In this document: piece after piece, positions 34,839-47,135 of the stretch
Layout: every line of letters begins with the position of its first letter
Numbering within the stretch: the first letter of the stretch is position 1
From: Macrostomum lignano
Lineage: Eukaryota
Direction of reading: 5' to 3'
DNA: 64,000 nt
Assembly (NCBI GenBank): GCA_002269645.1
Contig: NIVC01001343.1
Location: 124,001 to 188,000, forward strand
Made by a program: the position numbers and the translations under genes
The notes under the pieces: generated by a model
Told to the model about the DNA's origin: nothing
The model's database searches: none
What the model saw: only the letters and a program-made list of their open reading frames with translations

Positions 34839-35943
34839 GGGTGCTGGTCATTTCGTCAACTGCTAGTTCGTCAACTGGGTTGACGAATTGACTAACATTT
34901 TAAGGTGGTCTCACTTGCAGTTGACGAAATGACCAAGGTTTTAGATTGGTTCATTAGTCAGTTGACGAAATGACCTGAGAATGTTAGTTATTTCTTCTAC
35001 AGTTTGCAAATGTCATAACATGTACATCAACTAACGCATATCATATCCGCTTATTACCTTTGTTATTATCGGGTATTATTCCAGAAACTCCCAGATTTTC
35101 CGGAACGTTCTCTATTAATTTGTATACATATGCAGCAAGCATGCCGCTACAAAGGCAAGATCGATCTTTTATGCTTTCCACCTTCTTCTTCGACTACTTC
35201 TGAATTCACCACAAAAAGAACCACCGATGAACCAATTCTGACTTCTCTCAATCTATCTTCGCACCCACCCCCAACTGACAACGTGCCCTATCTCTGTAAC
35301 TTGAACCAGGGCCCCTTGCGCTGACACCTGTTCTCTCAATCCATATTCGCACCCATCCCCCAAACTGACAACGTGCCCTGTCTCTGTAACTTGAACCAGC
35401 GCCCCTTGCGTTGACACCTGTTCTCTCAATCCATCTTCGCACCCACTCCCCCCCTCCCAAGCTATCAATGTGCGCCCTAGCTTGTGCGCCCTATCTTGGT
35501 CTTGGTTTCAATCAAAACGTGGGTGGTGTCGGAGGGGAGGGGTAGGCAGGTAGGCAGTTCTTGTAGGTATAGGCAGGACTAGAATCTCACAAGCAGAGTA
35601 CAGGCAGCTTATGCGGCAGGATGTGTTTGAATGGTCGTGTGCCACTTGTCAGACAAGACCAGCACCGTAGTACCGCACTGGTGAGTTGTCAATCCGTGCA
35701 TTCCTGCTCCGGTGCTCGCGCCTCGGCCACGTTCCCCAGTTTTTCCCCAGGGCTGCATGCGGGGCGTGTATTATTGGCAGTTGACGAAGTGACCAAAAGT
35801 TGACATCGTCCCATTGAACAGTTGACGAAATAACCAAGCTTTGAAAGTATCCTATTGGTTGGTTGACGAAACGACCAATATGGGGAACAGGTTGACGATG
35901 TGTCCAGTTGACGAAATGGCAGTTGACGAAATGACTAGGATCC
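34839..35943. mobile_element. 1.1-kb non-autonomous MULE/Phantom-like element with repeat-built TIRs
   Basis: Left end GGGTGCTGGTCATTTCGTCAACTGC; reverse complement of right end GGATCCTAGTCATTTCGTCAACTGC; many GTTGACGAAATG units; TSD CCTTGAAT at 34831-34838 and 35944-35951 (9 bp if the adjacent C is counted); internal ~88-bp tandem repeat at 35245-35450. Confidence 0.88.
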
Positions 35944-36463
35944 CCTTGAATAGAGGGCAAAATAATTCGAGAAGATTGCCATAGTATAATATTTGTAATT
36001 TTGTAGTATAGTATTATACTAGTCTTGAAAGACAAAGTATTTCTGAGGCTAGGCAGTTTAAGCCAGGACTTAGCCTATTGCTAGCAAAACAAATAACAAA
36101 TGATAATATTTAAGCTAGTCATAAAATGATTGAGTTGAGTTATGCCATTGTTTATGATTTTTAGGCATTTAAGTGATATTAGAATTAGATGTACAATTTG
36201 CATAGGAGTTTTTTTTGGAGATCTTTTTGGAATATCTCACTGTAGTTGAGCTATACCCCATATAAGAAAGGCAAGGTATAGGGGCCTAAAATGTTTTTTT
36301 AAATTGTTCCGCTGACACTAAGCCAAGGCAAGGGGGTAGGCCCTATAACAAAGAAAAAATTCACAGGCTTTAGGCACAGTATATATTGCTAAGCCTAAAA
36401 TTGTAAAAATGCAATTTGTGATAGTTATCAAGATCTAAATTGATCTAGCTTACTGATTGATGA

Positions 36464-37055
36464 CCCTATAGGAAAAAGTTGTAAAACCGCGGACGGTGTC
36501 CGGCGCACTTTTGAAATTTTTCTAAAGCGCAGCGCGCGCACAGGCGCGGCGCCTGCGCGCGCTGCCCTTTCTTACTGGCTGCTGCTCTAGCAAATACATA
36601 TACATGGAAATGGGTATAATACCTCTGTTGAAGGGGCTTATACACTCGTAATTTATTAAGCTTAGAGATGTTCCGAAAATACAATTTCAATTTTCCAAAA
36701 TTTGAAATTTTTTAGAGCGAATTTCAATTTCGAAATAAAATTTAGAAGTGAAAATTTTGGTAGTGTCTAAAAAGTCGCTAAAAATAAACTACTTTCTACT
36801 ACATATACATGTATTACTTTTTGCTTAAGCAGTAAATTGAAAGTAAAAAAGTGAGTGTTGATCATACTAAACTTTGTTTTTCTGAATTATGATTTCGGGA
36901 AATTTCAATTTTGATTTTGGAAAGTTAGCGAATTTTGATTTCGACGAAACTGCAGATCTTTTGGAACATCTCTAATAATCCTAAAGCGCGGTAAAATAGT
37001 TTGACTCTTTTCTAAAGCGCGCGTCCGCGGGTTTTTAACATTTATTCCAATAGGG
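36464..37055. mobile_element. Non-autonomous TIR element with perfect 8-bp TSD, superfamily unassigned
   Basis: TIRs CCCTATAGGAAAAAGTTGTAAAACCGCGGAC versus (rc) CCCTATTGGAATAAATGTTAAAAACCCGCGGAC; ATTGATGA at 36456-36463 and 37056-37063. Confidence 0.85.
36663..36974. mobile_element. hAT-like MITE nested in the 36464-37055 element
   Basis: TIRs TAGAGATGTTCC / GGAACATCTCTA; TSD degenerate (5/8). Confidence 0.6.
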
Positions 37056-38010
37056 ATTGATGATATATCCAAATCCAATAGGCCTAGATAGTTATTATAT
37101 TGTGATTGTATATTATATAGGCCTAGGCCCCTATATCACCAAGATGCTTTATAAATGATAGTATATATAATTTCCAATCTTTGTTGAGCAATAATTAGGA
37201 AATTTAAGAATATTTTAATTTTAAAAGATTATAAGGATAGGAGGTTTGAGCTTGTGGCTTCTTAGTGATTATGTAAGAACTTTGAGTTTTAAGCCATTCA
37301 AATTGGTACTAGAAATGTTGCAAGATCTCAACAAAACAAGATTTGAGACAAGATCTTGACATTTTTTCTTATCTCAAGAAATCTCAACTTTTGGAAAATT
37401 TTGAGACAAGATTTTCATTTAAAAAATGAAGAATTTTTTGGATTGCAAAAACTGAAATTTTTGTTTGAATATTTCAGCAAGAAGATTTTGAAATGGATAA
37501 GTTCTGTGATAGGTTAGCGTTGGGTTTGTTGAGCAGTTTTATATCATTGTAATAAATGCAAACATGGCTATAATTTATAAATGCTAACACATAAACTTGT
37601 ATACATTTTTGTTATTGTTTCAGTCCCGCAACAAGGTGATTCAGCAGCAGACTTAAAGGATCTGCTGATCCTATGGTGTATTTGTTATGATGAGATAAAT
37701 TACATTTTTCAAATATATTTTTTAATCTTATCTCGTCTTGTCTCAAAATTTCTTGACTTTAGACTTTTCTTGTCTTGAATCTTGTCTCAGTCCAAATTTT
37801 TATTTCTAATAGCTCTAATCAGTATTGTTCTTAGCAGTTCAAACAAACTTAATCAAGCTGCAGGATGCAAAATAAAGGAAGCTCTAGCTGCTAAGGTCTT
37901 TAGGCTTAGGGGGAGGGTAGCTGTGGTTGTGGTTGAGAAATCTAGTTATTGCTATCTTTCAAAATGCTAAATGCAGAAATATAGCTAATGTCAATATGGA
38001 AAGCTTAAAA

Positions 38011-39264
38011 TAGTGATGGACTGAATGTGGATTTTTGCAAGTTTCCAAACTGAATCCAAATGTACAAAAAAAATCCGAATCTGAATCCAAATGTTTCCGA
38101 ATGTAAGCAAAAAGTGTAAGGTAAACGGCAGGAGTAACTATGACTCTTTTAATTTACGAAAATGTCTCGTCATCTAATTAGTGCGCACATAAATTGACTG
38201 ACAAGATTCCATCTCTCCTGGGCTTATATTCTTACTCGTAATTTTATCTTAGGGGTCGGATGTGATCACAATCGTGAATTCAGGACCATTTTTTCACAAA
38301 AGTGATTTTGTTGAAACCTGTTCCAACAGTTGTGGATTTCTGCTTACGTTTTTATTAGAAATATAACTTTTTTTATAACTTCTTGGCACTGGATAGTAGC
38401 AATAGCAGCAGGTTTATTAGAATTAGAATTAGAACTAGAAAGAAAACCATCTTCAGAGTTTTGCAAACTTTCCATATTCTGACGCTCATTTTCAAGCTCT
38501 GGATGCTGAGACTTGATATGAGCTATCATACCACTATTTGTAGCTTTTGCTACAATAGTGCCTCTTGAGATTACTTTTTTACATGATTTGCATGTTGCAG
38601 AAAGTTGATCCTCGGAGATAGTAAAAAACATGGATGGATGACTTCGTGCGAGAGAGTCGAAAAGCCATAACTAACTCTTATATATCTAGGACCTAGGTCT
38701 AATCTAATCTAAATTCAAAACAAATTCTAATTACAGCTCAAATTCTAATTCTAGTACTACTGACTATAGCTAATGAGTGACATATATATACAGTGCAATT
38801 ATGATAATTTTACCGTACATACGTACGTACAGCCCATGTCCATGCAGTTGCAATTTTGCATTTTGGAAAAACCTGTTATTACACTTAAACAATAATTACT
38901 GAAATATTTCCGTAACTTTAGGTTTATTGTCTTACAGGTCCCTAGGTTTAGTAAATTTACTTATTTAACTTTTTTTAAAGATGTATTGCTGCAAAAATAG
39001 ACAATCGTAGAAAAAAAGAATAACGTGATAGATTTTGCTCTTTGCCTTTTAATTTTCTTTCTTTTTAGTTTTTAGTTTCTTTATTTAATGGGTTGCATGC
39101 TTTGGTTTCTTGATTTGTAATATTTATTTTAGATTTGAATTTTAGAAGCACATTTGGAAATATTTGGAAAAAAAATTTACAAATCTGAAACATTCAGATT
39201 CCTATAAAAGTAAGACTTTTTTTTGGATTCGGATTCTGAATCCAAATATTTGGATCCATCACTA
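38011..39264 (-). mobile_element. hAT deletion derivative retaining a BED zinc-finger fragment
   Basis: TIRs TAGTGATGG / CCATCACTA; perfect 8-bp TSD GCTTAAAA (38003-38010, 39265-39272); minus ORF FFTISEDQLSATCKSCKKVISRG..TNSGMIAHIKSQHP fits the BED Cx2C..H..H pattern. Confidence 0.9.
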
Positions 39265-39899
39265 GCTTAAAATAGACTAAGATTTCTAAGTGTTGTATTA
39301 AAAGTAGTAGTTTGCTAACACCATCGTAATAATATGTGGATATAGAAGCACTAAAGCTTAAATTTACTCAAATCTTCTTTAACTTTAAAAATTAGACCAC
39401 AGAGGGTCAAATGAATGCTTCTGAGGTCACAAAGGCTAAGACACCATTTAACACACAAATTAATTGGCTTATAGATTAGTTAGCAAAATGCTGAATATTA
39501 TTATTGTTACTAAATGATTAACTTCAAGCATCGATTAATTATTATTGATAAAGAGAGTTATTTAGTTGGTGGGTTAAGAGAGGAACTGGTTGGATTGGGG
39601 ATCAACTAGGCTTACACTTAGGGTACCCTTGTATCTTTTTGCAATCTGGGACTGGGCTTCAAATTGAAGTTTGGATGGGGGTCCAAAATGAGAGTCTAGC
39701 CAGGTAAAGGGATGCAGACTCTTAAAAAGGCTCTTATGAACCACTAAGAAAGAAAAAGTTTTTTCCAGATAAGAGAAAGGGTTATAAGTAAAGTAAAAAA
39801 GCAGGTGCACTAGGTGGGTACAACTAATACCAGGTGTCACCCTATTCAAATACAATGACAAAAATATTATAAGAAGTGGAAGCCAAAAAAACACCAAGA

Positions 39900-40260
39900 A
39901 GGAAAGAAGGCATTTCTATGTAGGGAAATGACATCAGTGATTTCATTTGTTGAGCAATCTGAGTAGGGGAAATAGCTCTACAGTTAGTGGGAAACATTTT
40001 TACTTAGTGAGAACTGTGGTGGGGGTAGAGAAAGAAATTATTTGGTAGGGCCTAGTTAGGTGGTTTAGTGAATTTGAATTGCCATTGGCATCAAGTTTGT
40101 ACAAAATAAGCCAGAAAATCATCCAGTCAAATCTCAAATTATTTTCTCCTTGGTATTCCATTGGCCAGGTCCTTAGTTCTAGAAGGTAATTATAATTGTA
40201 GTCAAGTGGTCATTAATAGGCATGGTTATTCAAATTGGTAAATACCAGAGTTTTTAGACA
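39900..40260 (-). mobile_element. Possible highly decayed LTR-retrotransposon integrase remnant
   Basis: Short minus-strand stretches LLELRTWPMEYQGE and NHLTRPYQII weakly resemble integrase-tail motifs (LAYRTTPH, W.GPY.I). Confidence 0.25.
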
Positions 40261-42059
40261 TTCTAAATTGTTTTAAATTGATTTGCTTAGTTGCTTACTA
40301 AAAGTAAAGTTGCATAGGCTGCCATCACCATAATTTATGTATTACATAATATTATTTCCTTAGAGCTTACATAGAGATAAGAACAATTTGGTTGTTTTAA
40401 ACCCCATGGGAAAATGACTCCAGATAATGCTATGGGCTTTTATTGATCAACAAATAAATATTGTCAGCACAGGGTTTATTATTATTAATAAATTGGTTAG
40501 CAAGATATTATTTTACTAAATTGATAACAAAATGGATCTGCCAACACTGAGGCACAAGGCTACATAAATATCTAGTAAACTAACTTAAAAGCAAGTTACT
40601 AGTGGTTTTCTTATTAGAGTGCTATGAAGCAAAAGACAAAATTAGCTAAGTTAAAGAAAAGCCAAATACAGAAAAACAGTTAAAGGGAGAAGTTAAAGGG
40701 AAAAGAGAGAGATGTGTGTGAGAGAGCAAGCATGTGCTTTATTCTGAGCAAGCAAAATTGTTAGGTTATGAGTAAATAGTCTTTAACAGGTGGTCCATAC
40801 AAAGGGGCAAATGTTGGGCACCAGAGTGGGTGCAAATTATACAGAGATAGACAATTACAAAAACACCGGATAAGTAATAAAAAAATTAACAAAAACCAAA
40901 GGAGGGACACAAGGGACAAGTGAATGGAAAATGGAGATCCAATTTAGGGACAAGAAATTAGGCCAAGCATAGGAAAATCTGATGTCAAACTGCCAAGCAA
41001 TGGCCTAGTAAAATTGAAAAAGAATTCATGCCAAATCAAGTCTTCTTAATAGCAACCCGCCTGCCTTAAGAATCTTGGGAGAGCTTGCCTACCACAATTA
41101 TATTTTACTAATTGTTGGATAAAAAGAAGTTACTAGCAGAATGCTAGTACTAATCTTAATTACATTTTCATTGTTTAATAATTTAAGGACTTTACCTTAA
41201 CCAAAGTAGCAAAATGACTATACTACTAATATAAGACATAGAAAACTATGGCAATTAGTAGAATGTATATACAGTGTTCTTTAAATATGAATGTTCATAT
41301 ATTTATGGTTATAATATTTGTTGGAGTTAATTGTACCAGTTACCAATGCAATATTAGAAATTAATAGCTAATGCTAGAGCCAATTCATAATACATTTTTG
41401 TCTTTAGCAAAATAGTACCCTGACTAAAGCAAATTCAAACTTTATCAAATATAGAATTTTTTAAATACCCAATAAAAGAAAAATGTGATTAGCAAATTAT
41501 TAGCCTACATTATGCAATGATTGAATAAGAAACAAGTTAGAAAGCACAATTTTTGTTTGCCTTTCTTTTGGCATGCAGCCATGTTCCTGAACAACTAGTT
41601 CATAGATGTTTGCACTATATTTGTTTTAATGCAAGATAGCAAAAAGGGAATAGTGACAACATTCACATTGGGTGTAGTTAAAAGCTTTAATAGCATATCA
41701 ATGGTCAATTCTAGCAAGCCATAGGTCAATGCAACAAAGATGATTGACATATACATTATTTCCTTTGTTTTAGCTAAGTTAAAACTAAAAAAAGTCTGCA
41801 CTTTGTTGTAGTCTCTTGGCATTAACTTGAGCTCTAGGTTAGATTCCATTAGCGAAGTCCAGTACTGAGTTCAACATGTCTATTATTTATTTTTGACATC
41901 AATTTGTATAAATGTTATTGCACTTTGATTGGCACCTTTTTGCTGTTTTCTTCTTTCATCTATTACAAGGTTTTATATATGACATTTACTATGACATTCT
42001 ATCATAATGACAGAATGGGGTGGCTAAATCTAGAAAATCCTCACAACTTGAACTTAGAA

Positions 42060-42240
42060 GGACTCACAACTGAAAGGTCAGGGGTTTGATTCTTCACTTA
42101 TTCGAACAATTTGTGTCCTTGAGCAAGACACTTAACTCTGCATTGCTTCAGTTCACCCAGCTGTAAAATGGGTGCCAGCATTAGCTGGGGTAATTGAGGG
42201 TGTGTGTGGCCACCCCCCCCCCCCAGTCCTTGGATTGAAC
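42060..42240 (+). mobile_element. CORE-type SINE (family 2)
   Basis: B-box-like GGTTTGATTC, then TGTGTCCTTGAGCAAGACACTTAACTCTGCATTGCTTCAGTTCACCCAGCTGTAAAATGGG, similar to the MIR/CORE domain; second copy at 53310-53410. Confidence 0.75.
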
Positions 42241-42434
42241 AGCCGTATGCAGCCTTGAGCAATTTTAGTAAATGATGCCAATGCCTTCTTTATTACACTA
42301 CTAGTAGTAATATAAGTAATGTGTATTATTTTTATAAGTAGCAACCACAGCTACCAGATTTTTTTCACTATTATAAGTCAATAGTAATTGACATTCATAT
42401 GCATGAAACAGTAGCCAAACAACAACCCAAAGAA

Positions 42435-42788
42435 ATGTCTCTGAGCGTTCGTACGCTAAAGGTTTTCTCTAATCGTCTGCTCTACCGTAAGCAGATGATT
42501 GTCAGCGTTGCTCACGGTGCCTCTGGCAAAAATGTCAGCAAAAGCGATGTAAAAACGAAATTAGCGGAGAAGTTTCGCACCACCCCCGATCTGGTGGTCT
42601 GCTACGGCTTTCGGACCAGCCTTGGCGGTGGTCAGTCGCGAGGCTATGCGCTGGTGTACGACAGTCCTGATTACATGAAGAAGTTCCACCTGGTGAAGCG
42701 AGTCCGCGATGCCAGCAGGAAGCAGCGAAAAGAGCGCAAGAATAAAAAGAAGAGGCAGGGAAACAAGAAAGAGAAGAAGCGGAAGTAG
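42435..42788 (+). CDS. RPS24: 40S ribosomal protein S24 (eS24), divergent intronless copy, 117 aa
   Basis: VRTLKVFSNRLLYRKQM, TTPDLVVCYGFRTSLGGGQSRGYALVYDS, SRKQRKERKN match eS24 family motifs; ORF uninterrupted. Could be a retrocopy or pseudogene. Confidence 0.88.
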   Translation: MSLSVRTLKVFSNRLLYRKQMIVSVAHGASGKNVSKSDVKTKLAEKFRTTPDLVVCYGFRTSLGGGQSRGYALVYDSPDYMKKFHLVKRVRDASRKQRKERKNKKKRQGNKKEKKRK

Positions 42789-42944
42789 TAAGACTGATAA
42801 ATTGACTTGATTGAGGGGGGCTTGGAAATCGTTTATACTGTACGGTCCAGGTGGATATCATCAATCTTCATGCCTGTGGGCCGCTGTTGTCAGTGTGTAT
42901 AAGGAAATGTGCTAACTAAAATTGTAATGACTAATATTATGAGA

Positions 42945-43205
42945 GTAGGAAGGGAAGAGAGATGAAATGAGAAGGGAGGGGTAAGAGATGAGAAGGGAAA
43001 CGGTGAGAGATAAGAAGGGAAAGGGTGAGAGATGAGAAGGGAAAGGTTGAGAGATGAGAAGGGAAGTGGTGAGAGATAAGAAGGGAGGGGATAGAGATGA
43101 GAAGGGAGGAGATAGAGATAAGAAGGGGGGAGAGATGAGAAGGGGGATAGAGATGAGAAGGGGGATAGAGATGAGAAGAAAGAGGATAGAGATTAGAAGG
43201 GAGGG
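42945..43205. repeat. Purine-rich degenerate tandem repeat (GAGATGAGAAGGG-type)
   Basis: Direct reading. Confidence 0.85.
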
Positions 43206-43527
43206 GATATATTATCGATTTGTCACTTACTTGGTTAACCTTATTCTGCACTTCTAAAAATATTTTTTTCAGAGCGTTCATCCGGAGCTGCATTAGTAGA
43301 CTCTACTCGGCAACCATAAGCTCTACGAGTATTATGGATGTATTTCTTGTGAACTGCGGCGAAAATGACTGTTACTATATTGTTCTTGTTAGTGTTAAAT
43401 AAAATTGATTGCAAATTATTTGGGGACCGCAATCTTTACAGATTGTCCCGTGGTAAAAGCAGTTCGTTGAATTAAATGTGAGCTTGGTTTTCATTTTAGT
43501 TTTGTTATAAATTTGAGTGACATTGTC

Positions 43528-43740
43528 CCACAACCGGCGAGAGGCATTACTGCCCCATTCTGCCGACTCCCCTGAGCAGGCACACAAGCGCGCGGATACG
43601 TACGCAGTCATACGCACAGGCACACACACAGGAGTGCACAGCGGCCCTAACTTATTTGATTTAGCCTAAAGATTGATGCGAGAATCGTGAGAGACCACTT
43701 GGAATCGAGTCTGGGTCGCTAGCACATTAGAGCGCCGCAC
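43528..43740 (-). mobile_element. Partial, diverged copy of SINE family 1
   Basis: CACAACCGGCGAGAGGCATTACTGCCCATT...CACTTGGAATCGAGTCTGGGTCGCT matches the 51965-52324 copy, with internal deletion or divergence. Confidence 0.85.
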
Positions 43741-44332
43741 TAGATCACTAATTAATCGTTATTTGTTCCCATTGTCATTAGGAATCCAAGCTGTTTGCAG
43801 TTGTCATGGCAATTTACGGTAGGCTTTCAATAGAGAGAGCAAAATTGAGCGGGTAGAGGTAAGAGGAGAATAGATTTGGGGCAAACAATAGGGTAAGGGT
43901 GAGTACATCCTTATATGTGACTGTTTCTCTGTCTGCATTTTCGGCTATATATTACCGACTGTGAAAGACGCGACGCTGAGGATGCTTGTGAGTTTTTTTT
44001 AAAGCAAAAAACTTGGCCGATCAATACTCATAAACATGCTTGGATCAGTTAGCAAATCGGATTTGAGAAATGCCAGTGGTGTGTTTATCTGTTTTGTTGT
44101 CTTCATCTTGGGTGAGTTTACGCTCGTAACTGCGTATTGTATTGCTGAGTGTGTGTGATAGATGGTAGAGAGATAGTGAGGTGTGATAGTAGTGGTGGGA
44201 TAGTAAAAGTGAGATAGTATGTATACTGGTGAGATTATTAGAGGGTGAGATGCATTACGTATTAGAGATGATAGAAAAATTAGTAGTTTCACATCTTTAA
44301 GAAATGCTAAACTTTGTTAATATTTAACGCAG

Positions 44333-45130
44333 CCCCTTGTCTGGCATTTGAGTGCTTCACGAGTACCTCGGTGTCGTTCATATCTATAAGCCAGAACAAG
44401 GTCGCCTGCGACACGAATGTGACCTCCTGCTACAAGTTTGTCTATTCGGCTCTTGTGAGTAGAGAATTGCAGAAAGCTTTTTATGCATTTTTATTTATTG
44501 TAAAATATAGAATTGTGTAAATCTTTAGTGGTTGTAGAGCGGCTGAGTGGTAATGCGCCTGACTCTCTACCTCTCTCGAAACACGACCCCTGGTTTGATT
44601 CCCATTACTCGTGCATTAATTTGGGACTTGGGGCAGATCGAGGGTTGTCGTGTAATTCACAGCCATGAAGGTCAGCCCCAAGGCACAGAGAGTGACATGC
44701 CTGACGATTAGAAAGTCAGGAGCCTGCTGTACACTCAGCAAGATTCCGTCTGTGTTCGCCACTTTTGAATGGGCTGGCTGAATGGGTTTCAGACGACACG
44801 TGCCCTTACATGTAGCATCCTTGGCGTCACTTTTGTGTGTCAAAGGATGGCGCTAAGTTGTCAAAGAGCTACATGTTATCTAGCAATGAATCATCATAAT
44901 AAAACAATCAATTGTACATGTACATCACATTCCGTCAACTTTGCCAGGCCACTAAGGGCTGCGGCAGCTCCTGCCCCCTGTCGAACATAACTGGCTCCTG
45001 CCACATCTGCTCAGAGACTCTCTGCAACAGCGCCAACGGCTTGTCTCCCGGCGCTTCTCTGCTCGGAGTCGCTCTAGTTGCTATGGCCATCAAACTGATT
45101 GGCCAGTCATTTGAAATCGGCTATAATTAA
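44333..45130 (+). CDS. Ly6/uPAR (three-finger) protein with GPI-anchor-like C-terminus; signal-peptide exon not located
   Basis: Phase-compatible exons 44333-44454 and 44948-45130 give AFECFTS..ACDTNVTSCYK..ATKGCGSSCP..SCHICSETLCN-SANG plus hydrophobic tail ASLLGVALVAMAIKLI. Confidence 0.8.
44528..44612 (+). mobile_element. tRNA-like SINE head fragment in the Ly6 intron
   Basis: GTAGAGCGGCTGAGTGGT (A-box-like) ... GGTTTGATTCCC (B-box-like); no clean cloverleaf. Confidence 0.4.
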
Positions 45131-46344
45131 GCTACATTTAATCGCCACAGAAAGGAGCGTTTTTTGTTATAATCGAAACGTTAATTTGTTGGAATTTAAA
45201 ACAATTTCACGATGACTTATCAGCAGCAGCATTATTAAAACCCTGTCTGATGCAAGCATAGTGATCTTATGTTATGTTATCGTTATCGTTATCTCTATCT
45301 TATCTCTATCTTATCCTTTTCTTTATCTTATCTCTATCTACAATTTATTTAACAGCGAAGTTTCAATTCAATGAAGCGATTTCGTTGTTTCGAAATCGGT
45401 CTCACTGTTTTTGGCTGTTACATGTAAACATCCTTGGTTAGTTAAAATTAATTAGTAGGTGCTTATATCATTCTTTAAATAGCCTCAAAATAAAACGATA
45501 AAAAAGCGTCCCTTTGCTGAGTCCAAACGTTTTTCTTTTATATACCTAAGGTATTTTCCTTGAATGTTAAGAGGTGTACAATCGGGATACAAAACTGGGT
45601 GTACAAGACTGGATGAACAAGACTGTGTACAAGACTGGATGTACAAGACTGGATGTACAAGACTGTGTGTACAATACCGTGTGTACAAGACTGGATGTAC
45701 AAAACTGGGCGTGCAAGAAGAAAAGCGCTTAATACACTTACAGGATTTCATGTGAGACGCTGAAATTTTGTAGCATTGCCTTCTTACTGTCACTGAAACT
45801 CATGTGTGCATTGCAGTGCTGCCTTAATTAGGACGTGAATTTTAAAAAAATACCCATGGATTAACTATATGTATTATTCAGCCTAAGCTCTCTAATGATT
45901 GATGGCTTGTGCGGGGATCTTTTTACAACTTTGAGTCAATCCTCTGTTCTCCTCTCTGTGCCTATCTGAAATCTTGATTAAAAGTTGCACTAAGAACGCA
46001 GTTCACCATGATTTCAATGAATTCCTAGCTTGGTAAACATTGGAGCAGAGGTGCATTTGTTTAATCAATGAATTCAAAATCATTTGACTAAACAGTTAGG
46101 CAGCTCTGAAGAATCAATAAAATTCTTCTTAATTGGAAAAAGGTATCCGTGCTATACATATACCACTGACGCCATCTGGGACAGTAGTATATAGGAGTTT
46201 TCTATTTTTAGGACGACGAAAATATAAGGTCCTCGCGAACGTCAGGCACCAGACTGCCGAGGCAGACAATAGTAGCCTCGATGTCGTCCGGAACGCAGAG
46301 CACAACAGTCTTCTGTGTGTAGACCACCGGGCTGACACATTCTA

Positions 46345-46725
46345 CTATATGTTCTGACACATTTGACTGCAATCCTGACACATTTAACTGCAATCCTGAC
46401 ACATTAGACTGCAATCCTGACACATTTAACTGCAATCCTGACACATTTGACTGTATCTTGACACATTTGACTGTGTCCTGACACATTTGACTGTGTCCTG
46501 ACACATTTGACTGTGTCCTGACACATTTGACTGTGTCCTGACACATTTGAGTGTATCCTGACACTTTTGAGTGTATCCTGACACTTTTGAGGGTATCCTG
46601 AAACATTTGACTGCAATACTGACACATCTGTCTGTATATTGACACATTTGACCTGTCTCCTGACATATTTGTGTGTCCTAACACATTTTACTGTGTTCTG
46701 ACACATTTGAGTATGTTTGTGGTAC
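46345..46725. repeat. 21-bp minisatellite (CTGACACATTTGACTGTGTCC)
   Basis: Direct tandem units. Confidence 0.93.
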
Positions 46726-47135
46726 ATTCGAATGTGTCCTTAATCTTTAACAGTACAGAGCTAACTTTGATTAACTTCACTGCAATGCGTCTTCAGAAAC
46801 GCAGTTTCATTCCAGCGTTATGAATTTACGAATTAAATAAAAACAGAAAAGGATAAATTTACATTTTAAAATACAAACGCTTTCAGTTTTTTTACTTTAT
46901 TAGAAATTCAATAAAATCAGGTCCAGGTTATAAGAAAAGTCATTACTTCTTAAGACACAATGATTTGTGGCAGGAAATTGTTGCTAATTTTTATTGGCTG
47001 CAAACGGACGTCATGCAAGATGGATTTCATTGGTTGATAAGCTTGCAGAAAGAGAATATATAATAATTTGTCCAGAAAACGACCGAGTATCTACAAGATA
47101 CAACTTTATCAAATGTTTGAGAAACAATTATTCAA

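Noticed and set aside
37300-37800. Possible hAT-like element with GAGACAAG/CTTGTCTC inverted motifs
   Set aside because: I could not define matching termini or a TSD.
46133-46357. Possible orphan exon between the Ly6 and iGluR-like genes
   Set aside because: A plausible acceptor exists at ~46210, but there is no donor, no partner exon and no motif; it runs into a minisatellite.
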